This document shows, piece after piece, positions 9,102 to 17,461 of a stretch of 64,000 bases of DNA. The stretch is taken from positions 7,182 through 71,181 of IMG/VR virus record IMGVR_UViG_3300035670_000159; one strand, written 5' to 3'. The stretch is from a virus. Both the position numbers and the translations under genes were made by a program. The notes below the pieces were generated by a model. That model saw only the letters and a list, made by a program, of their open reading frames with translations, had not been told where the DNA came from and searched no databases. Position 1 is the first letter of the stretch; each line of letters opens with the position of its first letter.

Positions 9102-10346
9102 TTACAATACAATCTTCTTCTCAAGCACACTCTTATCTACATCACGCCACTTGATCGACATAGGCACAGGACAATCAATCTTGAATCTCTCCCTGAACTT
9201 GTCTGCCATAGTCAAGACTAGGAGTTCTAGATGTTCTTTTGCTACAACGAAGCTATCATGCACACAGAGGATAGGGATTTCTTTGAGTACAAAGACTTCA
9301 AGGATATCCGCTGCTAGATGACTGTCTAGATTCTGGAGGACTCTGCCGAAGGGTTCCATAGCAAAGAATAACCCTTCAAAATCAGGGTAGCTCTGTAGGA
9401 TCAACGCCATGACAGAACGTGCGTTACCTAGCGTATACACAACCTTGTCTTCTTCAGACAGAGTATTAATTTCACTTTGGATAGCACGCTTCGCGGTATC
9501 GCTTCTGTCGCAGTTAAACATGATGTTCACAGCCAGCTTCACGATGCGACGATCAACCTTGTTAGTAACATCCTCTAGGATATCAGCGTACATATCCATC
9601 GGAACATCCTGCATGGGTACACCTACAACCGCAGCAGCTATGCGGAAGTGCAGATTCTGAAAGTCCACTTCAACAACAGGCTTACCGTCAATAGTAATAT
9701 CCAAACGTTGATCACCATCCTTGCTGTGAAGCTGCAGGATATCAGCACGGTAGAACCTTCCTCCTTGGTCGAAGGACTCATTGAAGATTCTGCTGTATAC
9801 GTTAGACAAGCGTTCACCTGTACCTGTCAGGACTGTTGCTTTCTCGTTCAGGATGTTTAGCTTTACAACCAAATCCTTCATCTTTTCTGTTTCGTCTGTG
9901 TGCTCATACGGGATAGCCTTCTTGTCTTTGTTCCGAAGAATAAGACTCTCGATTGCTGTCAAGTAAGCACGTTCAACCTCATCCATTTCGATTTCAGAGA
10001 GGTCTGGGAATTCATTCATAAATTTCTCCGTAGGTAGGATTGTACTGATTGTTCGGTTCTCAGGAATAGACGAACCTTTACCAATCAGATTTGTAATGTA
10101 ACCTTGTTGTTCAAGGAAGTCAACAGCCTTGATGATCTTTCTTACCGAAATCTTTCTTTTGGATGTGATAGAGTCAGCACTCTTGTCCCTTGAGTACACG
10201 ATAGCATTCTTATGTCTGATACCAGCTAAGAGGTTAGTTACAATGACACCTAGCACAACATTGTCTTTGTACCTTAACTTTCTTAACTTGTTTCTGACAT
10301 GCTGTGGTATAGTTATGTCGTATGTGAGTAGCTTAGTATTGAACAT
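9102..10346 (-). CDS. stand-alone family-A polymerase/T7-RNAP-like protein with probable N-terminal wHTH
   Basis: GGRFY; motif A VEVDFQNLHFRI; motif B RRIVKLAVN; motif C VHDSF; no exonuclease domain; AGGAGG RBS before MFNTK (10346). Confidence 0.75.
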   Translation of the reverse strand: MFNTKLLTYDITIPQHVRNKLRKLRYKDNVVLGVIVTNLLAGIRHKNAIVYSRDKSADSITSKRKISVRKIIKAVDFLEQQGYITNLIGKGSSIPENRTISTILPTEKFMNEFPDLSEIEMDEVERAYLTAIESLILRNKDKKAIPYEHTDETEKMKDLVVKLNILNEKATVLTGTGERLSNVYSRIFNESFDQGGRFYRADILQLHSKDGDQRLDITIDGKPVVEVDFQNLHFRIAAAVVGVPMQDVPMDMYADILEDVTNKVDRRIVKLAVNIMFNCDRSDTAKRAIQSEINTLSEEDKVVYTLGNARSVMALILQSYPDFEGLFFAMEPFGRVLQNLDSHLAADILEVFVLKEIPILCVHDSFVVAKEHLELLVLTMADKFRERFKIDCPVPMSIKWRDVDKSVLEKKIVL

Positions 10347-10383
10347 CTCAATCTTGTACCTCCTTGTAGTTATGAAGAGTAGA

Positions 10384-10413
10384 AGTATAGCACAGATAGA
10401 ACTTAGAGTACAA
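10384..10413 (-). promoter_or_regulatory. sigma70-type promoter for the polymerase-like gene
   Basis: TTGTAC-18-TATACT with extended -10 TG. Confidence 0.6.
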
Positions 10414-10551
10414 CCTACAGCAGAACATCCTCGTCCCTTCGGTGTACCCATGCAAGGCACTTTTTTCTATAAAGTCGTGTGAAACTTTCAGGGCTGTAGG
10501 TGAATTTCAACCTTGATGGTGCGTGTACGAAACAAACAACACAAACCTTTG

Positions 10552-10581
10552 TTGACTTCCTTCACAAGCTCATGCTATACT
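10552..10581 (+). promoter_or_regulatory. sigma70-type promoter starting the rightward arm
   Basis: TTGACT-18-TATACT with extended -10 TG. Confidence 0.7.
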
Positions 10582-10608
10582 AAGTTTTCAACACACAAGG
10601 AGTGAAAC

Positions 10609-10866
10609 ATGACCAAGAAAATCTTCCACAAGGACACTCAATCAATGTCTGTGACAGTTCAAGGAAAGTACCCTACGCACTATATCGTGGGAGCACCTTC
10701 GGATTTTTACGTGTATCTGTCAGACAAAGGTGCAGATTCATGGTCAGAGTGGATCAAAGGAGAGCCTCGTCTCTACCGTGATCTTTCTGACTTACACAGG
10801 AAGCATGACCTAGAAGGTTTTGTCAGTGCTGTAGAAGAACTTTGGCAGAAGAATAAGAAGGCTTGA
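10609..10866 (+). CDS. hypothetical protein
   Basis: AAGGAG RBS, downstream of promoter. Confidence 0.75.
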   Translation: MTKKIFHKDTQSMSVTVQGKYPTHYIVGAPSDFYVYLSDKGADSWSEWIKGEPRLYRDLSDLHRKHDLEGFVSAVEELWQKNKKA

Positions 10867-10926
10867 CGATGCCGCTAACCTGTGGTGTCGCTTGACTGTA
10901 GCGCAGTTTCTGCGAAACAGCTTGAC
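10861..10926 (+). repeat. GCTTGAC x3 separated by hairpins (copy B), last repeat is a -35 box
   Basis: GCTTGAC at 10861, 10890, 10920; stems CGATGCCGC/GTGGTGTCG and CGCAG/CTGCG. Confidence 0.6.
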
Positions 10927-10986
10927 ACCCTCCTGAACTTCGTGCACAATTTAACTCAACATCAACAACACACGAAAGGAATCATT

Positions 10987-11190
10987 ATGAATATCCTCTA
11001 CCAAGAAATCACATCTCGATTGCAAAAGATTCTAGACCTACCTAGAACAACTATCCCTGATCTTTTTAAAGCATGGGAGGTTGAGGCATATAAGTTAAAA
11101 GAAGAATTACTGGCTGAAGGTTTGGAAGAGTCTGCCGAGGAAGTCCAACGTATCATTGACACACAACTTCAATTTAAACCGAAGGGATAA
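10987..11190 (+). CDS. hypothetical protein
   Basis: GAAAGGA RBS before MNILYQE. Confidence 0.65.
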   Translation: MNILYQEITSRLQKILDLPRTTIPDLFKAWEVEAYKLKEELLAEGLEESAEEVQRIIDTQLQFKPKG

Positions 11191-11199
11191 AGGATTAGC

Positions 11200-11376
11200 A
11201 TGACAACAATTACACTTTGGCTTTTGATTGTATCTAGCAGTAACTATCGAGGTGCCTCAGTCCCTCAAGTACTTGAACGCTTTGCTACATCTGCTGATTG
11301 TCAGCATGTACTAGAATCAATGCCTAAAGGATATGAGAATACTGCTCGTTGTGTTCAAGCAAAGGTTGTGAAATGA
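11200..11376 (+). CDS. small exported protein with two Cys (58 aa)
   Basis: read manually: MTTITLWLLIV...FATSADC...ARCVQAK; AAGGA RBS. Confidence 0.6.
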   Translation: MTTITLWLLIVSSSNYRGASVPQVLERFATSADCQHVLESMPKGYENTARCVQAKVVK

Positions 11377-11633
11377 CTCAACCAACACAAAAAGAAATCA
11401 TTGAACACATCAAGGAGCATTTCGGTATTTCAGGAGAACAGGTACTTCAAATCATGAGAACTCCTACACACCCATATGACCTCCGAGATAGGTTTGCAAT
11501 GATGACAATTTCAAGCGTACTTGCACCTAACCCAGTCACTGGACAGTTTGCGCTCGTAAGTGATTTCGAGGCTTGTGCAATTACTGCTTACAAGATGGCA
11601 GACGCAATGCTTAAAGCACGGAGTATGGAATGA
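11373..11633 (+). CDS. phage hypothetical protein (LRDxFA...AYxMADAML type)
   Basis: ATGA coupling; recurrent phage motif. Confidence 0.7.
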   Translation: MTQPTQKEIIEHIKEHFGISGEQVLQIMRTPTHPYDLRDRFAMMTISSVLAPNPVTGQFALVSDFEACAITAYKMADAMLKARSME

Positions 11634-11819
11634 CCCTACACCAAGCTCTAGATATCTCCCGCACCATTGCAAAGCACAATCCCTTTGTTAGAATGCAACC
11701 AAAAGAGCAAGAACTGGCTAACCAAGCAGGAACTTTGCTTAGTAGGATGGCTAACACGGAGGAGTTAGAGTTTTTGTTGAGAGATGAGAAGTGGAATGCG
11801 TTGTTTTGAAAGGTAACAC

Positions 11820-12269
11820 ATGAACAACTTTATTCAAAATGTTAGTAGGTTTGACATCATCACTGGTCACCATGCAGACGCTGGTGAAAACTCCATGTTG
11901 ATTCAAATCGTGGATTTCTTTGATACTTTCCCGACACCGAAGCACAATTTCAAAGAAGTTCTGCAGTTTAAGTTCGATGATGTTCTGGATGGCCCTACAG
12001 CTTGTACGGACTTACAAGCACAAGAACTTGCTAATGCACTGCAACGTGCAAAAGAGCAACACATGAGTGTAATTGTGCATTGCTTTGCAGGTCTTTGTCG
12101 TAGTGGTGCTGTGGCAGAAGTAGGAATCATGCTAGGATTCAACCCTCCTGATTGCATTCGTATTCCTAACTCTACAGTAAAGAATAAGATGCTGAAGGCT
12201 TTAGGCATGAAGATTGATGAGAGCACTTCTGTGTTCGCACAGGAATTTTATAACCGTGAATTTGATTAA
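11820..12269 (+). CDS. protein-tyrosine/dual-specificity phosphatase-like protein
   Basis: HCFAGLCRS CX5R P-loop; FDD general-acid loop. Confidence 0.85.
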   Translation: MNNFIQNVSRFDIITGHHADAGENSMLIQIVDFFDTFPTPKHNFKEVLQFKFDDVLDGPTACTDLQAQELANALQRAKEQHMSVIVHCFAGLCRSGAVAEVGIMLGFNPPDCIRIPNSTVKNKMLKALGMKIDESTSVFAQEFYNREFD

Positions 12270-12272
12270 GGA

Positions 12273-12476
12273 GTGACTATGACAAATCAAAACCAAATGC
12301 TAGAATCTTCTCGCTTTACATCCAGGAAGTTTCTCGCTACAATCTTTACTTTAGCAAGTGCAACGGCTTTGGTGTATTTTGGAGCTATCGCAGATGGTGT
12401 ATACTCTGCGGTGATTATCGCTACAAACACCGCATATCTTGCTGCGAATGTAATTCAGAAGACAAATACTAAGTAA
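12273..12476 (+). CDS. small two-TM membrane protein
   Basis: SRKF followed by two hydrophobic segments. Confidence 0.65.
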   Translation: MTMTNQNQMLESSRFTSRKFLATIFTLASATALVYFGAIADGVYSAVIIATNTAYLAANVIQKTNTK

Positions 12477-12491
12477 TTTTAAAAGGAGTAA

Positions 12492-12806
12492 ATGATGTTT
12501 AAGTCTTTGTTTGGTTTCTTTAATAACCAATCTGTAGGTGAAGTTTTTGATGATAAAATCGAGGTCGTCCTTCAAGAAGAAATGTTGAGTCAAACTGAAC
12601 TTCAAATGCTTCAGCGGATCATGGCTCAGTACATCCGAACGCATGAACAAGTACGCAAGGTGTTCAAAGAAGAAGCCTTGAGCTATCCTGTAGGGGATGA
12701 AATGCGGAATATGCTTTTCCGAGAGCACCGGGAAATCAAAGCAAAACTCAAAAAGCTCTCTGCTTTGCAATATCGCTTGAAGCATAAGATTGCTGCTCGG
12801 GATTAA
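12492..12806 (+). CDS. hypothetical protein
   Basis: AAGGAG RBS. Confidence 0.7.
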   Translation: MMFKSLFGFFNNQSVGEVFDDKIEVVLQEEMLSQTELQMLQRIMAQYIRTHEQVRKVFKEEALSYPVGDEMRNMLFREHREIKAKLKKLSALQYRLKHKIAARD

Positions 12807-12880
12807 AGGTTCATAGAGGCCCTTAATAGCCCCTAGAAGGTGGGTTAAATGCTGAGGTAAGTGGTGGGTAGCCTGACATA
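12807..12880. repeat. dispersed helically phased element, copy 2 (inverted)
   Basis: reverse complement of 12858-12876 is TCAGGCTACCCACCACTTA, 17/19 identical to 8077-8095; phased TTAA/CTAG flank. Confidence 0.7.
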
Positions 12881-12906
12881 GTGATAATTGATTATAGGAG
12901 GTTTAA

Positions 12907-13317
12907 ATGAAAGATATGTATTCACCTACGGGTTGGGAAAATGCTGTAGACTGTGGTAATACACTTGGTAGTGAATATCCGTGCACTTTGAAGAAAACAG
13001 CACCAGCCACACAGCAAGCGGTGGATGGTTCCACAAGGTGGTTCACCGTTGTCTACAAAGACATTAGTCCCGGTGACGAAGCGAGATTGCTGGGCGAGCA
13101 TCCAAAAGCATCAGCAATGAGTTGGAGCCACGCGCTGCGGGATCGTGACGCAGCGCGTGGCTCGGCAGAAAGCGTGAATCAAAATAATCTTGAAAGTCTT
13201 CTAGAACTTATTGACAACTTCGCAGAAACCCGGCATACTTGCGGACATTTGACTTATAACCTAAAGAGCAATGAATCTCGACAGAAGGTTATTGCAGCAC
13301 TTAAAGGAAAAGTATGA
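12907..13317 (+). CDS. hypothetical protein
   Basis: AGGAGG RBS. Confidence 0.7.
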   Translation: MKDMYSPTGWENAVDCGNTLGSEYPCTLKKTAPATQQAVDGSTRWFTVVYKDISPGDEARLLGEHPKASAMSWSHALRDRDAARGSAESVNQNNLESLLELIDNFAETRHTCGHLTYNLKSNESRQKVIAALKGKV

Positions 13318-13697
13318 CATTTCGATATAACACCCTAGAAGAAGCTCTGCCTAACGTTAAGTTTGTGGTAGAATGCAACTCTTTTGAACAACTTCAACTG
13401 TGGAAGCAGTACAAAGATGAAGTGAGCTGGGAAGAAAATCTTTGCGGATTCATGCCCAAAGTAGGAGAGCTTTGTGGGCGACCGATTCACCTTGAGACTC
13501 ATTTTGCTAAAATTCACGGTAAGACTGTGATGTTCTATGAAGCATGTAGCCAGCTTGTGGATTACTTGCAAGTAGATGATTGGCTAATTAAGAATGCATA
13601 TCCTCATTGCGGGTATGATGAAAACTCCGGAGGTTGTCATCCACGTACAAACGCAATGAATTTTCATATTTGCGTCCATAAAATGAAAGAAGACTAA
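13314..13697 (+). CDS. hypothetical protein
   Basis: ATGA-coupled. Confidence 0.75.
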   Translation: MTFRYNTLEEALPNVKFVVECNSFEQLQLWKQYKDEVSWEENLCGFMPKVGELCGRPIHLETHFAKIHGKTVMFYEACSQLVDYLQVDDWLIKNAYPHCGYDENSGGCHPRTNAMNFHICVHKMKED

Positions 13698-13698
13698 C

Positions 13699-13917
13699 AT
13701 GGAAATAATCCTAATCATCCAAGGTATCTTGATTGCTCTTCTGGTTTGGAGGGTAATTACACTAGGAAATCAAAACGAGAAAATGCTGAAATGGCAAGAC
13801 AATGTAGTAGCATTTCAGAGTGCTCAGGTGTATTTGAATGGAACGCAACGAGAGATTAATTCCTTGCTTGCTAAAGAGGTTGCTAATCTTAATTTGATTG
13901 TAAAGGATGAAGTATGA
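13699..13917 (+). CDS. small membrane protein
   Basis: N-terminal TM segment. Confidence 0.65.
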   Translation: MEIILIIQGILIALLVWRVITLGNQNEKMLKWQDNVVAFQSAQVYLNGTQREINSLLAKEVANLNLIVKDEV

Positions 13918-14396
13918 AGGTGCACATTGGGCCGTATCCAGACGGAGATGAAGAACGTAAGGTTGAGATTCAGATTGATCCTTGGGATTCTTGGAACGCC
14001 GGTCATACAATTGCTATGATTGCTGTTCCAATTCTGAAGCAATTACAAGCCACAAAGCATGGATCGCCTTATACAGACGATGAAGATGTGCCAGAAAATC
14101 TCAGAAGCACTTCAGCAAAACCTAAAGAAAACGAGTGGGACACTGATGAGTTCCATCATCAACGCTGGGAACATATCCTTTCGGAAATGATTTGGGCTTT
14201 GGAACAATTAGTGGAAAGTAAAGAAGACGACTTCTTTCATTGGGATAAAACTCAACCAGCAGAAGAAGGAAGTATCGGAGATATGTTTGGACTTGGTACT
14301 TGTACAATTGACAGAGAAGGTCTAGATGCATATAATGCACGAATCAAACGCGGTACTACTCTTTTTGGGAAGTACCTAAAATCTTGTTGGGATTGA
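13914..14396 (+). CDS. phage hypothetical protein
   Basis: ATGA-coupled 160-aa ORF. Confidence 0.8.
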   Translation: MKVHIGPYPDGDEERKVEIQIDPWDSWNAGHTIAMIAVPILKQLQATKHGSPYTDDEDVPENLRSTSAKPKENEWDTDEFHHQRWEHILSEMIWALEQLVESKEDDFFHWDKTQPAEEGSIGDMFGLGTCTIDREGLDAYNARIKRGTTLFGKYLKSCWD

Positions 14397-14410
14397 TTAA
14401 GGAGGACTAA

Positions 14411-14749
14411 TTGAGTCGTAAACGCTACCATATTCTTGCTAAATGCTACGATAAGAGAAAAAGAGTAATTTCAGTAGGAGAGAATTCCTATACTAAGACC
14501 AGCACTATCATGAGTCATTTCGCAGAGAAAGCTGGACTTCCAGATAAACTCTATTGGCACGCAGAGGGGTTAGCTTTGGTGCGTTGCAAGGATAAGGTTC
14601 CATATAGACTTACAGTAGAGCGTTACGACAACCAAGGAGAACAGGCTCTGGCAGCACCTTGTCCTGTTTGTAAAGAAATGATTAAGACATGGGGAGTAAA
14701 GATTTTGGAATACACATCACCTGATGGATGGGTTAAGGAGGTTTTATGA
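14411..14749 (+). CDS. small zinc-dependent deaminase (cytidine deaminase superfamily)
   Basis: HAE...APCPVC; AGGAGG RBS, TTG start. Confidence 0.8.
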   Translation: MSRKRYHILAKCYDKRKRVISVGENSYTKTSTIMSHFAEKAGLPDKLYWHAEGLALVRCKDKVPYRLTVERYDNQGEQALAAPCPVCKEMIKTWGVKILEYTSPDGWVKEVL

Positions 14750-15153
14750 AAGAGAAGTATCTCTCAGCCATGATGGATATGACCCTTCGCTTTGCTGAGA
14801 CTTCAGAAGCACAACGGCTAAAGGTTGCTGCAATGCTTGTTAAGCGAGGGTCTATCTTAGCTATCGGAATCAATGGTACATACCCAGGATGGGAAACTAA
14901 CGAATGCGAAGATGAAACAGGTCAGACGGCATGGTTTACTAGGCACGCAGAGGAAGCCTGTTTAAGTCGTATGCTGCACTCTAATGAGACTACTGATGAT
15001 TCAATCATGCTAGTGACCCATGCTCCCTGTAAGATGTGCAGTTTGAGGATCAAAGAGGCTGGTGTACGCTCTGTGTTTTATCGAAACGACTACCGCGATT
15101 TGAGTGGTGTTGAATATTTGCAACAGTCAGGTGTAGAAGTTAAGAAGATTTGA
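14746..15153 (+). CDS. dCMP deaminase
   Basis: RLKVAA...GING...HAEE...THAPCKMC...YRDLSG. Confidence 0.85.
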   Translation: MKEKYLSAMMDMTLRFAETSEAQRLKVAAMLVKRGSILAIGINGTYPGWETNECEDETGQTAWFTRHAEEACLSRMLHSNETTDDSIMLVTHAPCKMCSLRIKEAGVRSVFYRNDYRDLSGVEYLQQSGVEVKKI

Positions 15154-15215
15154 AACATACCGTGACATATCTGGGCTTGAGAGCGAACAAAGGGAGCGAA
15201 TGGAGCCAAAGGCTC

Positions 15216-15243
15216 TTGACTTACTGAAACAAGCAGGTATAAT
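15216..15243 (+). promoter_or_regulatory. sigma70-type promoter
   Basis: TTGACT-16-TATAAT preceded by GAGCC-AAA-GGCTC hairpin. Confidence 0.6.
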
Positions 15244-15328
15244 CACAAGACAGGTTCAACTACAAGAGAGCACGTAAGTGCGAACGCAAAGTAAGGAGTA
15301 ACATTTTGACAACAACATTGGTGAAATC

Positions 15329-15670
15329 ATGAGCACATACACACCTAATTCATGGGTTATCGTTAAGATTCAATCCGAGAAATACGGAACGATCTATAAG
15401 GTTCTAGCAGGATGGTCTGGGAGTTATCTCTATGGTGCTTCTTGGAAGCTATCTTCGGGGATTGTTACCTTTGAAGACAAGGGGGAGCATTACGAATCCT
15501 TACAAGATTCTGGAAGTACTTACGTGCTGTATAAGAGTTCAGAGAGAATGAGTGCTATTATGGCTAGTACTTTTGCGAGTTTTGAAGAGGAACTTAAAGG
15601 TATCAATGGTACAATTGAAGTGATTGATTCAAGAGATTACGTGAATAATAGCAAAGGAGTGAATGAGTGA
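15329..15670 (+). CDS. phage hypothetical protein
   Basis: YTPNSWVIV...YKVLAGWSGSY...WKLSSG. Confidence 0.75.
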   Translation: MSTYTPNSWVIVKIQSEKYGTIYKVLAGWSGSYLYGASWKLSSGIVTFEDKGEHYESLQDSGSTYVLYKSSERMSAIMASTFASFEEELKGINGTIEVIDSRDYVNNSKGVNE

Positions 15671-15987
15671 CTAACAAAATCTACGCTAAAGACCTTGCAC
15701 GAGCAATGTCCGAAACATCTGATAAGATGTACACCATCTACGAATGTCAGGACTTCTTGGATATCTTCCAAAGGACTATTGAAGGGCTGATGCTTGAAGG
15801 AACTCAAGTAACTCTTACAGGTTTTGGTTCATTCGCTCCTAAGTACAGCAAGCCTAGAGTTATGACTTCTGGGCTTACAGGAAAGGATTATGAAGTCCCT
15901 GCTGGAATGACTATGAAGTTCGTGGTGAGTCCTGCGTTTCAGGAGACTCTAAAATCTAAGTTCAGTGAAAGGAAGAATCATGAGTGA
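15667..15987 (+). CDS. HU/IHF-like DNA-binding protein
   Basis: VTLTGFGSF...PRVMTSGLTGKDYEVPA...KF arm motif. Confidence 0.85.
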   Translation: MTNKIYAKDLARAMSETSDKMYTIYECQDFLDIFQRTIEGLMLEGTQVTLTGFGSFAPKYSKPRVMTSGLTGKDYEVPAGMTMKFVVSPAFQETLKSKFSERKNHE

Positions 15988-16130
15988 CAATAAATCAGAC
16001 GTTGAACGTTTTTACGATGCTGTAGCTGCTAAGTTCGGAGTACAGCGAAAGTACCATGAGTTGCATCCTATGGAGCAAATGCAGTTAGTGCAAGCCGTGA
16101 ACGTTATTTTACAGGTTGTGAGGGATTAAC

Positions 16131-16529
16131 ATGACTGAACGACAACTAATCTATTCCGCTTGGAAGACACCAGACGGTACGCTTCTGCACTCACGTCACC
16201 GACATGACTATTGTGAGCACTTTGATGCTGTGTCTAAGGAGTGGTACATTCTAGACGGTGGTACAGATTATATTCGCTGTTCTGTCAATACTGTACCGCC
16301 AGAAGATTTGACGCTATACGCTGACGACCCTCACGAGAAGATCAGGGAAGTATTCGTCTGGAAGTCCTACGGAAAGAACTTCTCGCAGCCTGAAGGGGTT
16401 TATACACTGCTGAAGGATTTGACGGATGAGCATTTAGGTAATATCATTGCTACACAAACGCATCTTCCTGAGTACATACTGGAGATGTTTAGGAATGAGC
16501 AACTGTTTCGGAAGGAAAACCAATGCTAA
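16131..16529 (+). CDS. phage hypothetical protein (SRHRHDY...DGG type)
   Basis: recurrent phage motif. Confidence 0.75.
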   Translation: MTERQLIYSAWKTPDGTLLHSRHRHDYCEHFDAVSKEWYILDGGTDYIRCSVNTVPPEDLTLYADDPHEKIREVFVWKSYGKNFSQPEGVYTLLKDLTDEHLGNIIATQTHLPEYILEMFRNEQLFRKENQC

Positions 16530-16870
16530 CAATTCAAGACTGGCTTTACGCTGGTTACAAGCGCTATGACAATTACCAGTACAAGAGTGCAGACTTTCTC
16601 TTGCAGAAACGTTTTGATGACGACAAAGGTAAGAAGTACTGCATTGACATTTTGGTGTACGAGCATTCAAAGCATGAGTACTACAATCGCAACCCTGCCT
16701 TGCCACCTGTGAGTTTTCAACCCGAAGTGCAGTTTCAGCGAGGAGATAAGATGACATTGGACATGACGTTCCTAATGAATCGAGACAGCACCATTGCTGA
16801 GATTGAACAAGAGGTTGAGTGCTTTTGGTTGTTTTTGGAGAAGCCTTATTACCGCAAGTGGGAGGAGTAA
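16523..16870 (+). CDS. hypothetical protein
   Basis: AAGGA RBS. Confidence 0.7.
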   Translation: MLTIQDWLYAGYKRYDNYQYKSADFLLQKRFDDDKGKKYCIDILVYEHSKHEYYNRNPALPPVSFQPEVQFQRGDKMTLDMTFLMNRDSTIAEIEQEVECFWLFLEKPYYRKWEE

Positions 16871-16872
16871 AC

Positions 16873-17112
16873 ATGACAGTAAAAGTTAAATTCAAAGGCG
16901 ATAAGATTAAGGTTCAAGCTGGTGAAGGTTATTGCTCGAATGTCAAGGACTTGTTGATTCTTAAAGACAACGGGAACGGGTACTTCGTGAAACGCAAGAG
17001 TTATGTTTCAACGGAAGCAGATCAGGTGTTTAATTTAGATTACGCTGCGTTGGAGTACTTGTACTTTGCTTATAAGGCTATTTTGGAGAAAGAGGGTCAT
17101 TGTGGGAATTGA
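16873..17112 (+). CDS. hypothetical protein
   Basis: GGAGGAG RBS before MTVKV. Confidence 0.7.
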   Translation: MTVKVKFKGDKIKVQAGEGYCSNVKDLLILKDNGNGYFVKRKSYVSTEADQVFNLDYAALEYLYFAYKAILEKEGHCGN

Positions 17113-17392
17113 TATTAGCGCGAAGTTAATCTATGGACTACCCTACTCAGACCTTCCAGAAGAGATTCTAGAAGAGGTCAATGAGATGCTTGACGATGGA
17201 GAACTTGATTATGCAAGTCCTTATTATGATGCTCCTCGGGATGAGTGGATTGTTGGGGTTGAGATTAGTGCTTGGAAGAAGGGTCATTATGATTTAGGAT
17301 ATGAGATTTCTCAGATTGATGACGAGATTCCAGAGATTCTTGTTAGTGATGATATTGATTTGAGTGTTTATGTTACACCTCACGTGAGCTAG
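17102..17392 (+). CDS. acidic hypothetical protein
   Basis: GTG start overlapping upstream gene. Confidence 0.65.
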   Translation: MGIDISAKLIYGLPYSDLPEEILEEVNEMLDDGELDYASPYYDAPRDEWIVGVEISAWKKGHYDLGYEISQIDDEIPEILVSDDIDLSVYVTPHVS

Positions 17393-17461
17393 TACGGAGT
17401 GCTAGTGAATAGGTTTATTGAATCGCTTGTGATAACAAATGCGATTGTTTATTGAGGAGGG

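Noticed and set aside
10347-10460. N-terminal 38 aa of the 452-aa ORF
   Set aside because: It overlaps the gene's promoter; the strong AGGAGG RBS points to the ATG at 10346.
10861-10926. Mini CRISPR array (GCTTGAC x3)
   Set aside because: The repeat is only 7 nt, the spacers are hairpins, and no cas genes are present.
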